From: Phoronis australis
Lineage: Eukaryota > Animalia > Phoronida
Reading direction: 5' to 3'
DNA: 64,000 nucleotides
NCBI GenBank assembly: GCA_002633005.1
Contig: NMRA01000667.1
Span: 37,280 to 101,279 of the forward strand
This document shows, in pieces, positions 38,501-53,500 of this stretch. Under the pieces are notes generated by a model. That model searched no databases. It saw only the letters and a program-made list of their open reading frames with translations, and had not been told where the DNA came from. How positions within the stretch are numbered: the first letter of the stretch is position 1; the number at the start of each line of letters is the position of its first letter. The translations under genes and the position numbers were made by a program.

Positions 38501-41500
38501 GCTGGGTAATTAATTCCAGGTGTCACACAACCATGCTAAGCTCATAAAAAAGAAATCACAACCATTTGAAAGGGTGACAACGCAAACTTGGAACAAACAC
38601 AACTATGTTACAACAGCAAAAACGTAATATTCAACGAAGCAGAAGGTACACAAAAAGCAAAAGGTTAGAATTCAAAAGACACGATTTCCAAATTCGTGAA
38701 GTGAACACGCCACTTGAAGACATTTTACACCCTCTTGGAATAGCAGCCGCAGGATCAACATTCGCAAAGCAAAGCAAGGTATTGCAGGTAAGGCCTCAGG
38801 TGAGAACGCAAGTACCTGTGGTAGGTGAACTGAGAAATGCCAGGCTTTTTAGATTGGTTTTAGAGCTACTGCGCTTCATGGCCATGTTGGAGGCGGCCAT
38901 GGCAACGTAAGGTAGATCCCCTGGAAAACATGGTACACAGTGCAGCCATGGCAACAACACTCAATTCGGGGAAACTGACAGAGCTGCTCTGACATCACCA
39001 CAGATGTAACATCTTGGATAGCTGAAGCTGTGAAATGTTGACGTTTGAGTGACTGGTGGAATTTTAAAAAGCAAAACTAGATTACATAATACTGTATTCA
39101 CTCGGGTGTAAGCCCACATGCAGGCATGTGCCTACCGCCAAACTTTCCTTTACCGCATGTATTTGTTAGAGTACAAACCTTCCCTTCATACCCAAGAGTC
39201 CATGTCAAATCAAAGTTATCTTTTGTAACATTATGAGGACCAGTGCGAAGTTGCCTCGGAAAACAGTTCCTGACATTATGGTGCATCAACTGATAGTGCG
39301 TCGGACAAAACATGATTCATGTTCCAGGCAGGGAATCATGACATCTAGCGTACATCATAGCGTCATTGGGACGACCAGTTATAAGAAATTACAGTTTGGA
39401 CAGCATTGCCAAGAGAGAGAAAAACGATGGCCTATTTCACGACAACTTCACCAAAAACGACAGTTAAATGAAGAATTTTAATATTTTTGATTAACAAATT
39501 TTATTGAAACTTACAATTTGTTGTTTTAGTTTGATAAATATTCCGACATAAATCGAAATCACAGACTACTATCGTCAATTCTTACCATAAATGTAACACT
39601 GATGATTGACAAATGCTTGGAGCCATGTTTTTCCAGTGATGTCATATGCAATCCTTGCATATGACGACTGTCAATCTAGCGAATTTGGACCCACAATTTT
39701 CAAATCCTAGATGAGTTCCTGGCTATAGGTAATCAAGTACTGATCCTCGTAGCATTACACTTCATGTTAACATTTAAGACTTGCGCACCAATAACCAAAA
39801 TTTCTGTCCATCTCTAACTAGATGTCTGCCTCCATTTTTTGGACCTCCCCAAGGGCTTCCACCCGCACGAAAACAGTGTTTCATTAAGTGTTAAGCAAAT
39901 AAATCCGTATGTTAGTTTATTAGAAGCTCTAGTGGGCCCAGTTGCACAAAATCCATATGCTAAATAACAATGAAATCTCGTGTCAGATTGTCATTGCTGA
40001 ACTATGTTTTCGACCTCATGCAACGATCAACTTATCCAGCGGACAAGCTTTTAAGATGCTTGAAACCCACCCCATGTAAAATAGGTGTTAGTATTCGCTG
40101 AAACTGGTTAAACTTCACCATCTACATATTTAAGGTTAGTAAAGACTACGGGCTAGAATCATTGCACAGCCACCATTCTACAACCATTGACTGACCACGC
40201 CCTCCCTGCCTTATTGTAATAATCATCATAACTAATGAACTTTCAAACACACTACGGACTACAGAAAAAATTGCAAAATGCCACTCAAAGAATTTAGTAG
40301 AATAATCTACGAACTTGAACAAAGAAAACAAAATGAGCAATGCATGCAATAACTTTACAACAACTTAGCAAATATAAAAAATACAACATTGAAAAGCCAC
40401 TCACAACAGAAACACATAGCAACAACGCAATGCGTTTGAAATTGTGAAATACGCATCGGCATGCAAAACAGATCAAGATTAAAATGAAAATGAAAGAAAT
40501 GAAAAAACAGCAAGATTTGACAAAGGAGTGAAACGGAGACGTGCATACTATCAAATTCTGTATAACCGAAAACTTGCTCCCGAAGTACAATCACTATCAT
40601 TTACTTGAAGGATTATCGTTACTGAAACGTGGGTAAACTCACTTATGATCTGATCATAAGATAACACTACGCATGAACTGTATATTGCACATCACATTTA
40701 CTAAAAATGCGGGAAAAAATGAGTGATTAGTCAGGATCTGGCGAGACTTCTGTCACATCCGAGAGAAACATTGTTCCTGTAAGACTACTATATTTCATAA
40801 CCAAAAATTGACGCTACTAAAAGTGCTGATAGACGTGTTCTGAAATAACAGTTAATTATCCAAAACAACTCACTTTGTAACTGAAATTTCACAAATGCAG
40901 AAGTGAAGGAATAAATGGATCTGACATGCGCGTTGTCAGTGATGACTCTTTTGGCAAAAGATGTCTCTCTCGTTAGGAACAGATAATCACCAGGACTACG
41001 TAGGCTTGGTCATTGTGGCTACAAGATGATTTTGTAGTTCTAACGAGATGAAGAGAACAGAAAACAGTGGATTCAGGACACTCGGAAGAGAATCACGTCT
41101 AGGACAACGAGAACAACGTGAAGCCTCGGAAGGCGTTGTTTACCCGTCGGGGGCGACGCGGACACTACGTGCCACCCACCCTGTGTCACTGCCGACACCG
41201 AGGCGGGTGCCTTCTCCCGCTGACGCTCGTCCTCCATGAACTGCACCGCCACGGCCGAGAACTGCGACTCAAACTGGGCGATGAGACCGCCTAGGGCAAC
41301 CACCAGCTCCTGCGGGGAAGATGGATTATTGTCAGTTAAGTGAGACTGCACACGGCACATCTCAAGCACACAACTATTCTGTTGGAGGATGTGCCGGCAC
41401 TTCAATGGCTAACTAAATTACATTTTTGCATTTGTAATAGGAAATGAAATAACTAGAGTTCTGAAACATGGCAAGCTAACATTTAGGTTTTCATGATAGA

Positions 41501-44500
41501 ACTATATCCCGAATGAAGCTGTATTTTTGGTGCACTGAACTCCCAAATTTGTGTTTTTTAAATTGCAGATTTTTGCAGCAGGAGTGATGATGGTAGTAGG
41601 TTAACACCAGACTGAGAGGCTCAAAGGTCACTAGGTGGCGTTAGTGAAACATTAGTTCAGCATGTATAAATGTAAGCATCCAGGTACATACATACACCAC
41701 AACTGCATACATGCAGGTGAACAACTATCTGGTCTCACTCTATTCACATGACCAAAAGGGAACTAAAGAAGCTTTCTTCACAAACACCACCAAGAGAACA
41801 TCGGGTCTTCAATTCATCGACAAGACTTCCACTTACATGGGATCATCTAAACCCTCGAAATTGGTCAAGTGTTGGAGTCTTAAAAATTGGCGTTACCACT
41901 GATGAATCAATTTTAGAGATTAAAATCGTTAAGATAACTGGTGGGTCAATCACTGTGTACTGTACTTACCTTCTTGACCAATGGACTACCATCCTACAAT
42001 ACAGACACCACCACCACCCCCACACTGTGGTCAATACACACGGTCACTGTGTACAGTACTCACCTTCCTGACCAGTGGACTACCATCCTGTGGCACAGTC
42101 GCTAATATGACCCCACACTGTGGTCAATACACACGGTCACTGTGTACCATACTCACCTTCCTAACCAGTGGACTACCATCCTGCGCCACTGACACCAGCA
42201 TGACCCCCACACTGTGGTCAATACTGTTAGCGTGGTCACTACGCTCCATACTGTTGTTAATGAATGTTCCAAGGGCATACACTGCCGCAGCTCGCACCTA
42301 CAACGACAAAGAATCACGTTCCTTATAACACCTCTGGTCCAGGGTCCTCCACATTCTGTTTTGCCTCAACAGAGTTACCAGTCTGGATTCTGTAATGCTG
42401 TAATAAATTTCAAAGAACACTGCAACAAGTATGAACTTACAGCAAATTAAGTGCTCTTGGCACACGCTCAGTATATACCTATAACAAGGCTTCGCATACA
42501 GAACCCCACAATAGGCACGCGGACTTTCAAACATGTACTTGAATTTTGCAACAATCCCAAAATTTGATTTTTTTGTTGTGGAGAACACTCTGACCTTTGA
42601 ACAGACACACAAGTGCTAAATTGAGTACATTCGTCACCTGTCATACATCAAACAGAGCTCCACCTGCTACAAGTGGTGCAAGTTATGGAATAGATGTCTA
42701 TTTAAAATTATATCAGGAACCTAGGAAGTTGAAGGAAATGAGCGCAGATATTAAATTTGACTGTATCTACACCCACTGCAGGTGTTCATGGGTAAAGGTC
42801 AGCCTACCTCTATTTTATTTAGTCTCATGAAACGAGAGCCGTTCAACAGATTATTTGCACACAGGGTGATTGGAAAGGTGATCAGAAACTTCAATCATCC
42901 TTTGACAAATAAAGATATACAACTTTGATATTTAAACGACAGATGGCCAAACATTTTTAAAGGTAATGGACATTACCAGCACCAATGAAAACGCAATAAA
43001 TCTTCACATAAAAAAGAATTCAGTCATGACAAAAGGCATAACTACTGACATTTTTGACACTAAAACTCACCTCAGGCACTGGGTCTGTGAGAAGGGAAGA
43101 GATTTTGTCGTGGGCACTGTCGCGTACCCCACACCACCGCGCTGCATTGTAATTGGCCCACACCTACAGAAGAAAGTAATCTAACATCAGCACTCGAATG
43201 CTTATGGAAAGTTTGACTGAATAAGAGTTGCCATTTTCTAACAATTTATACATTCAATTGTTACATTAAGATAGTATTTCTAGTGCATTGTGAAAGTACC
43301 TTATACTTGAGAAATGATCAGCTTTTAACTTGCCACTAACTATCTTATAAAACATTAAAATTTTCAGGTTTGCAAAGAACCCCAACGAATGGATGTGCAG
43401 GCCCAAATTGCCGAAGCAAAGGCCCAAAATTTTTGCAAATTGGTGTAACTTCAGAACTGAAGTCAGTTTGGGTCAGCATTAACACAGTTTTTGTGCGTGT
43501 CAACTGGGGTTGACAATACTGACCCAAATTGACATAAAACTACAATTAGTGTCAATGTGGGGTGTTGTGATGATTTGGGCTAGCACAGAGGTTATCAAAA
43601 CATGACTTTGGTGTCTAGACTAGTATTAAGCAGAACGCACCACTGATGGCTATTACGCAATGTTATTTGAAAAGGTTAGCGTTTAATGTTCGTTGCTATA
43701 TATTTGGTAAAAAACACAATTGTGAAGAAACACAGAATTGACGTACACACCTTTCCTAGACAAAGGGCCAGCCACTGTCGCAGGAGAGGGTTAGGGTCAT
43801 TCAGTTGCTCCAGACATATTGCGATCACATTGCCCTGAAGCGCCGCCTCCTGGCCAGCCTGGTAGTTATCCACGATCTTGGCAAGGACGAAAGCAGCCAT
43901 TGTGCGATGCTCACCCTAAACAAAATTGGAAACGACAGGGCACTTGAGTACGAGGTTATTTTTGAGAGAAAAGACAACATTTTGACTGTCCTAAAACTGC
44001 TGGACGCGAATGAATAAAATGATCAAAATTCAAAATACTTAAAAAAAATCTTAGTATGTTATCAGGGTTTGGAATGACCAATGACAAAAAGAGGAAAAAA
44101 TTTCCGGTGATTTAACGTTCCACAAATAAATAGGTTTGTGTGATAGAAATACTGTTTTGTGTTGTAAAATTTAAGTGTCAAAAATAAATGTCTTTGCATG
44201 AATAAAGTAAAAAAAAATATAAAAAATAGACAAAACAACGCAAACTTAAATCAAATAAGAGGAATCCCCTTAAGAGGAAAATTCCATGCCGTGATGCTTT
44301 ATATTTAAACAAATCATGATCTTCGATCCCGATACAAAAAATCTCTAAAGCAGAAAAATTTCATTGGTGTCCCCAGAGAAGTCTGAAACACTAGCAATCA
44401 AGTCACAGCTTTGTGAAAATTTGTAAAGTCTTGTCTAGTTTCAATTCCAAACCAACCAAAAAGGTTTAAAAAACACCATTCGACAACTTTCAATAGCGAG

Positions 44501-47500
44501 CCAATCATGATCGCTCAATAAAACAACAAGATTGATGGGATGTTACCTTCACTCATTCACATTGCATGCAAAGATAAGCAATGGCTTAGGAACCGAAATT
44601 GAATCTGAAATAAACTGCTAATACAACTGCAGATTTGTTCTAAGACAAAACAAAATCACAAACGCTGGTTTTTCTTTCAAAATTGACCTCAGGTATAACA
44701 GACAGAAGAAGGACGTCTTCGGTGACTTTTTTCCAGTCAGAGAGGCCAAATTTTGTATTAGATAGTGTACCAGTATGGCATTAGTCATGAACAATTAGAA
44801 GTGATTTTTGTGCTGCCTAAAACTTGTTACTGGGAAGGAGAACTACATGAATTTGTTCAAATTTGAATGAAAGATTTTTATATGTCTCAACAACTCAATG
44901 ACACTTACCGGCATGTAGGGGTCAGCTAAAACTGACAGAAAATAGCGATGACCATTGTCTTTCACCAAATCAGCCTGACAAGACTGCAAAACCAAGGTTA
45001 CAGTTGATTCAAAAATGAAAACACTGTTCTTAGACTAAGTATATCAATTACCAGGAAAAACATGAATCAGAGGAATTCAGTGTCTTTAAAAAGAGTTTCA
45101 AAAGAATTCTTTAGGTCATGTGTCTGATCAAAAAAACTCCTCAATAGCCGATGATAATTTGTTAAATTTTAAAGATCATTCAGATTTGCTGGTCAAGCTC
45201 GAATCCACAAGAAAAAGCGGAAATATATCAGAAGTCATTTCAACAGTCAAACAGGATATTCTAAAGCCTGTGTACTTTTACAAATTTAAGTAAGACTTAC
45301 GCTATCAACAGCTAAAATCTTGGCCCAAATGAAGACTAACAACGGCCGGAGTTCTCTCGCTGAGCTTTGAAGCAACTTTAAAACATATGGGAATATACCC
45401 ACTGATAATGCCTGAAAACAAAGATTTAATAATTAAAATTAAGAAGTTACTACAGTACTCTAAAGAAAGATCAGCACACATACTCTGGATTCTAATTTAA
45501 ATTTTTGGGAACAAGTTGTGAGGCTGTTAAATTCAGCCGCCACATATAAAAAACCCATGGCCTTAACTCACTCCCAGAAAAAATTGTGGGCTGGACGTCC
45601 CATTGCCAATGATTAGATTCTGCGTGGTCTCGGTAATCACACCACAGACAGTGTTCACCTCACTTTCCATAAAAAGTCGTGAAATCATTTCATTAGACCA
45701 GAGTGACGCCAAAATGTTGGAAAAACGATGAAATTTCGTCACACTTTAATAAATGGAAAATACGAAAGATAACCAAGAAATGGTGTTTTTCATTTCTGAA
45801 GTTAAAATTCTTAGAACTGAGCAATCGAAATTGATTCTAAGGTGATGAAACAATGACGATAATATGCGTCTACTTCAGCCTAATTGCATCGAATGATGCC
45901 GATGACTCACCAAGCTTACAGCCCAAGGCCCGAGATCCAGGAATTTGCCCAGTAAGTCAAGGGCCCGTAGTCGATGTACTTGACTGAGTAGAACCTGAAG
46001 GACAAAATGTGATGGATAAAACAGATCGTGTTATGCGTTCAATGCCACAGTTCTATTAGATGTCGATGTGGCGGATTGCACGACAAACCGTCCAAGGTAA
46101 AACATTTGTTGACTTTGAGGATATTGTTCGTAGTAGATATGAAATTAGAATTCCAGAGTTAAACTTGTATTCATAATACCTTCAAACCAGTGAACAACAC
46201 TTTTCATACTCAGAACTAAGTATCATTCCAAAATTGCGGCCATAAGTGTTCCCTACAACGTGCTTGAACGCTAGGAAAGATGAAGCGCGCGCTGCATGCA
46301 AGCGAGAGATCAAACGCCAACCAATCATATGCCAAAACCGAGTCCACGTGGTCAGGCACCCAGAATCACGGTGACACCCATAGTCAAATCATAAACTACA
46401 TAATGAAATGGCAACACAAAAATGTGACAATCGATAAGATTAGGGAATCCGCAACAATCGACATCTTACAGAAACATAACGTCAGGAGCTGTAGAGTGCC
46501 AAGACTCTTCACAAAGGGCCAGCCACAGACAGGCTACATAGTTTTCTAGCTTATTTACTCTTAAAAGGACACCGAACCAGGGTTTGGTGAATTTGCCCAA
46601 CAATGACTCCATAACCTGCGCTTTCCCAGAGAGATGAGCGCATAGCTTACTAAAACTGTTCAGGCTGTCTTACAAGTGTGGATTCCGCAGTTCCAGCCGC
46701 ACTGCCTTTTCCCACATTCGTCCGCTAATTTGCCGGGTCACTTCCAGATTGAGCAAATTTTTGTAAAAAGTTATCGAACTTGCATCAAACCTTTGAAAAT
46801 CTAGAGCATTTTATTGTTCCAAACATTTGAAGTGGCTAAAAACCTGTCTTCCATCACAAAAACTTAATAACTTTTTATTTTGCCCAGTTACCATTACGAA
46901 ATGTTTGCTTAGTCAAAATAGATACGATTCTGGGATCGGAATGAACCGACAGTTCATCATTGCTCGAGACACGGCTCAACGAGTTAACTTGCCACAGCTT
47001 TACACTTTATTGGCTGAGCATGATCTCGAGCAATAATGAAATGTCCGTTCCTTGCACGACCAAAAATCACTTCTCAAGTAAAGAAGGAACAAGATAAAAC
47101 CAATGTTGCTGCTGTAAATTGGTTTAATCAAAAGTAATGTTCTTCTACGAAGCACAGGTTTATGGATGCTTCACAAATTAAATAGTTGATAGTATAAACT
47201 GGGTTTAGTATCCCTTTAAGGGCAGCACAAAACACAGCGAGGCACTATTACAGATGTTTGTGTGTTCAACAAGAAAAGATCAAGAGGCCAAGATATATAT
47301 CGAACAGATATTAATTTGAAAAAGATGCAATAAATAGACATTTACCATGTTATTTACCCACCTACATTAGAATTGAAAATCGGCAACTTCTCAGATCCCT
47401 AGTAAAATAGACGCTTTTATAACACGGCCATGTTCTTATGAAAGCTTAAGCCAGGTCACATAGTCACTAACTCTCACCTGAAGGACAATGGGTAGCTGCT

Positions 47501-50500
47501 CCGGCGGGTATCGCTCAGCGGAACCGTAGGTGAGCCACACTTGGAAGGCGGTGAGTTGCTCGGCGAAGAAGGGGCTGTGAACAAATGCTGCGCCCTGTTT
47601 TAGGATTGGGTGAAGCTGAGAGAGACAGAGATCGAGTGCCAGGTCCCAGGCTTGCCTAAAATACGAGAGCATGAGATTAGAGATTCATCGACCCGTTTGT
47701 AGAAATATCTATGAAAGTATTGTCACAAGATCTAAGAGAAAATAAGAGATGGAAATTTGTCAATAAACAAACAAGCTAAGAAAACTAGTTTAGCGTTATG
47801 TAGGACCTTATCGACTAATCTGTGTACTTAGCCAAATACTTACAAAACTAATTAAAAGATCTTAACTGAGTAAAAGTGTGTACTTTCTGAAAGTAAAAAG
47901 CCATGTACAATTTGATTTCTGACATTTCACCAATCTGTTATTAATTAGGTCACACCACCATGTCTCTTCAGTAATACTTAGCAAAACAGGAAAGGCAAAT
48001 CCATAGCAAAACAACAGTATCAATGACATGACCAGAAACGCTGATGCAGTTTTCTAAAATGATCATTTTATTTTTGTTTTAAGCAACATTTTGAGTTTTT
48101 TAATAAAAATCATAAAAAATCTCAGTTCTTGATAGTCTCTCATGCAAAAGTGGAACACTTCAAAAACAATTCCTTGGCATGGTATCAGCCATTTCTGAGA
48201 TACAATGTTCGAAATTAGTCAAGTATGGACATCCTTTTATAGTCTTACACAAGTTTAAAGTAAACTTTGTTAAGACAGGGAAAGAAATCAGAAACTGCAG
48301 CGGAATTATATAAAAATGAAAACCACTGCATCTACTTCAGCATCCGTAGCACCTATAGACCAACTTACCACATAGGGTGCTGGAACGTGGGGGGTAGTTT
48401 GGGACAGGAGACAGGGGTGCAGTTGTACGACCGCATGATCCTCTCCGCTAACAGGAAGTTACGGAATAGACTGGCCACCAAAAGGTCTTGACGGAAAAGC
48501 TTCTGGAACAAGTCTGCAAGGGCCGAATGAGCGACAAGTTGAGGCGACACATTAGAGTAATGAGTGTAAGAATTGAAAACAAATGACTCGGAGGCGTATT
48601 CAGAAAAACGCACGATACAAAATGAGATAAATGGAAGGACCAGTTAACTTGCTGAGTATAGAGGCTGAAACTGTAGAGCAAAGGCTGAACTCTCAAATGT
48701 AGCCAGGGTTACCCTGTGCAGTGCAATTTCCATCTCTAAACTTTGAAAGGGTCGCTGCTCCAACCTTCAGCATTGAAATAACTTTTAAAGTCATTGTATT
48801 GCCAATTTGTAGACATATCATCTGCCTCTGTCATTGACAACATATTTTACATTGTACATTTCAGAGGCTTTGCACATGCAAAACTAAAAAAATTCCGGCA
48901 GTGCAAAAAGGAGAAACAGATGATTTAGTTCGCTTACCTCTGGGTAGAGTATTCCAAGCGATGGTGTCGGTGATGGCTGTGAAGATCCAGTTGAGTTCAC
49001 CCAGTAATGTGCGTCGGTCATTCAGCTGACCAGGGATTCTACAACGTGCGTTCATTTATAATTGCCGGTTATGTCTGGAGCTGACACAAGCCTCCAGTAC
49101 TGAGGTGGAGTAGCGTACATGTAAAACGCTGGAGAAACTAAGACGTTTGCAGAGTAAGTATCTTCAGTCATACATGATCGCATTACGTGACATATTAGGA
49201 CAAGAGATATATCTACTCTTACTGCATAAACCCGATCACTCAATGCCTCATTTTTGGGACTGAATATCGGCCTCATTCCCTTCTGAAAAACATTTTAAAA
49301 TCACATGTAATTCCCATAAGGCCCAAAAATAACAGAAAAACCCTCGAGGTTAGAATTGTTTTTAACTGGCGCAGACCCTTGGCTTGAGGTTTTGTTAACT
49401 TGGAAATTCCTCTCTACAAGGTTGTGCCTTACAAGTGTTTACAGCCTCGATTTGGAGAACATCTTTAACGGCTAGCCTATCGCGAGTGAGGGGTCTGCAT
49501 ACGTAGTGCCAGTCAGTAATGATCATTCATATTAAAACAAATAAAAGTACAAAGGACCTATAACATATTAATATACTGCAAACTTCCTGGCAAGATGAGT
49601 TAGATAAAGAATAATAGTACAGCCGTCTGGGAAATAACCTTGCGAGGCTAAAGATGGGTTGACATTGCCGTCATTATATTCTGAACGATTTATCTAGAAA
49701 AAAATTCAACTTGCTCAACGTAACAGACAAGTACAACTGACATTGGAGTCGGATGTTAATCTGTGTATGAATAATAACCATCAATTATACAAGATTCGAA
49801 TAGAATTGATATCTCAATTCATTTGTTCCTATTCTATTGAAGTGGACCAGTAGAAAACTTACTTCTCAAGAATCTTTTCATCAATGCCTGGAACCAACTT
49901 GCTCGTTTTCTGTACAACAAACCTAAAAACAAAAAAGTAAGATGGCAGCTGAAATAAACATGTTAACATATAATTTCAAAATTAGACATCATTAGTATTT
50001 TTCAGAATTCCAAAAAATTACTCTTCGTTGACATTCAGCCTTTACTACTGGCAAATCAGAACAGCTCATTGCATTTTAAAATTTTATTCCAAAACTACAA
50101 AAAAATAGTGAAACTATCTTCCTTCTGGTAACTTTGACATGTGTAAAGCACCTCCATTGTGGAACAACTCAATCGCAAAATAAACGCTTGTGAGCATAAG
50201 ATTTCACGACCAAGTAATAAGCATCTATTCCTGAGCAGACGTACCACTTCAATGCGACTTTGATTGGCGTAGTGAGACAGGCAGTGAACAAATCAGCCGG
50301 TAGTTCTGGATTCATGGGCAGCAGCTCTGCGCTACTGCAGGCTGCAAGCTGGATACAGTTCTTCACAGCAGACGACGGCGTCTCCTGGCCAAGACGACCA
50401 TTACTCAAGGAATTGATCTGTGCACAAAGACGAGACACAATTCATTAAAGATAACACTCACAAGAAAATCAACTTGCGGGGCTTGACACTTAGAATAAAG

Positions 50501-53500
50501 TCAACTCGCCAAATGCGGCCTGTCAAAATTCCCAGGTTGGCAAATGGCAACTGAGCTCACCAAAAGGAAACTATGCATAGCCAAGTTTTCTCTTGAGGCC
50601 AAGAGAGCTGCTTTGAGTTAGTAAAATGCAATTTGTCTGCATCATGGTGTTATGCCTAAGTCCATTCCACAAAGTAAACATCTGGGGTGTCAAGTTTCTC
50701 CACAAAGCAGTTTATTAGCAGAACGCATTGTGCTTATTCCCAATGCTTATTCTGTGACTTTCACTCTTCAAATTAATGTAACTCCTCTTATAGTTGGGAC
50801 ATTTTTTCATTTGAAGTTGCTGAAACAATTTCCTTTAGACGAATACAAAAACAACTTAGTCGCGTCTGTGAAAGCACGAATTTAACAGTGTATAGCCACA
50901 GCCACATTTGATATCCGAGACGTCTCCCGCTGAGGGATCGGACTCAAAATCGGAAGTGCTGACTCCATCCAAGGCTGATTGTTCCCGACCTTAGTATGTG
51001 GTGGGCACAAAATCCTTTCCTTCACAAATGGCGGTCACTTTAAGAATGTGCGGATTTGACACGATGCATAGTTGGAAACTGAACAATGCGACGTCTGAAT
51101 GAAAAAATGGTCGTCTGAGAAAACAGACGATTAGAAAACATCGTTTGAGCATGACTTATGGACAGCCCTGCTGGTTTATGTTGAACAATTCAGACTACAA
51201 CCTCTTTACTTCCTGTTGTGATTTGAGTACGTGCTCTGATGTGAGCTAAGCATGCAGATGTACTGACTTCACGAAATGGCGACTTGGGACTGTTACCAGG
51301 TCGCCAAACAAAATCTGAGGTTGCTCAGTTGACCTGAAGTTCGTTAAATCGAGTCCTGATTTTTAAATGTAACGCACGCACACGTCAGATCTTTGCTTAT
51401 GAAGCCACTCTCCACCAAAATGACCAAATTTTCATTTAAGGTGTTTAATTATAAATCCGGTCTTATAAAATTTGTTCAGTACTTAAGATTGGAGGGGATT
51501 CCTGAGCTACGAGAGAACAAAGAGTTCATACATAACTTCTCAAGACCAGGATCGATAACGTGGCTACCATAGTCATTTTCGGTATTAACAGAATTTGCCG
51601 TTACGACAGGAAAACGGTATTTTGACTGATTATGTTTGTGCTGTACTGTACATGACTCGTCTCATCCCATGTCCGACTGTTACCTGTTGGTGTTCGGTTT
51701 CCCTTTGAGCGGAGAACTGTTTGAACGAGTCGATGATGATGCCTGCATTCGAGCAGTCGTAGACGTAGATGGACGGACTGCCCATCCAACTCTGCAGGTC
51801 GTATACGGACAAGGGTATGTACTGGGTGTAGGTCTGGAAACAGCAGAGTGTGCATTATCAATAATAATAACAATAATATAATAACAGCAAGGCTCCCATT
51901 TATTTGCGTTTACTTTTTCATGAGTTTACATGACATAATTTTCATTTTCTGAGTAATTTTCCCACAAAAATATTTTAGGAACTTTTTGCTAGTGATTGTT
52001 GGCAAGTAGAAGTGAATGAAAGAAGTCAAAATATGACGCGCAAAGTAAGGGTTTCCAATATTCCTCATGCAATTTCCAATCCACAGGTTCTCCAAGAGCT
52101 TTGATGCTTTTTCATGTTCCAAGCATCAAAACAAATTTTGTCATTTCCAGTTTTCCATGCGTGAGAACCACGTATCAATGGAATGAGTACTGGCCAAATG
52201 TCTTGAGGATGGCACCAAGATAGCTGCTGTAAAATTCACTTAGCACGGCAGCTGACCACCACTTGCTACCCTGCAGGCGTGTGGGCGTCGCCACCTGGTT
52301 TCCATGTTTTCAACAGGTCACAATGCAAGCACAGTGGACCAGTGGCTTAAACAAGACCCGTCCAAACTAACAAATTAAGTTTATTTTAACCATTTCCATA
52401 TTTTTTTTTTAAACTGCATTTAACTGCACTGTTATTCGAAATTATCAAAGTGGGTTCTCACTAATGTACAACAATTGCGCAATTAAAGTAACTGCTTTTT
52501 GTTCAGTGTAAAACCAGAGCAGCTAAATCTTTCTCTGAAATGACACTCGAAACATTGCAATTTTACAAACGCAAAAATCTGAACGATAGAAAACTGTCAA
52601 GTTGTACCCTGGCACAAGATTTATTTTCCGCAAGACTGTGTGTGAGTAAAGGCCACATTATGTAATAAGCAAACTGATAAATGAAGTTCAAATCAATACA
52701 CTGTTACATAATGTCTGTCCACCACACAGCAACAGGCAGCCATCACAGACAAATCCTGATAATGTATGCACATTGTAGTCGGACCACAGAACAATCAATA
52801 GTATTTGAGCATTCGACAAATATTTCAAAATTTATCGACAAATATTTCAACATTTATTGACACAAATTTCAAAATTCATAGAGAGGAAAGCAAATGGTGT
52901 GCTGCTACTTTTACTAAAACATAAATCCCTGGTTATCCTAGAGCGACATTCTTTAGTGGTTATTCCCATTCCCCTTGTCCTTAACAAAAATAGAAAACGA
53001 CCTGAACTGCCCCCATTTAACTGCACCTGTACACTCACTTCTACTGAGAAAACACAATGCCAGACTTGAGCTACTGAACAGTTTGCCTTGCTCATTGAGT
53101 TTGCTCAGTAGTAAAGAAAGCACACATAAGGTGTGGGTCTTTTGCAGGGAGATTTGTTTACTTTACTATTGATTTTCAAGGGAAACAGAAACTGCAACTA
53201 ACCTTGAAAACTGTCTACAACATAACCAGGAAGTTCTACTTTTTAGTCAAGATACCATCAAAGTATTTGCTGTCCATCCACTGGATGTCTTACACCGTGG
53301 TACAAACCTTGTTAAAAACCCATATTTCTCCATTGACGGTAGGTCGAGGCACTCCATGCCCACTGTAGTGAAACAGAACTCTTTCTTCCTGAAATACAGA
53401 AACACAGAAGATTTAACATTCTTGAAACATATAAACTCATATGCTTTAGGGTTGGGTACGAAGCCACCAACAGTTTTTCAGAACCAGTCAGGGCTAAGAC

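Noticed and set aside
38605-38910. Plus-strand 101-aa ORF
   Set aside because: Antisense shadow overlapping the putative RPTOR exon 18; no independent support.
40635-40885. Two 7-nt AG...GTGAGT candidate microexons on the minus strand
   Set aside because: They do not preserve the frame and have no other support; likely chance matches.
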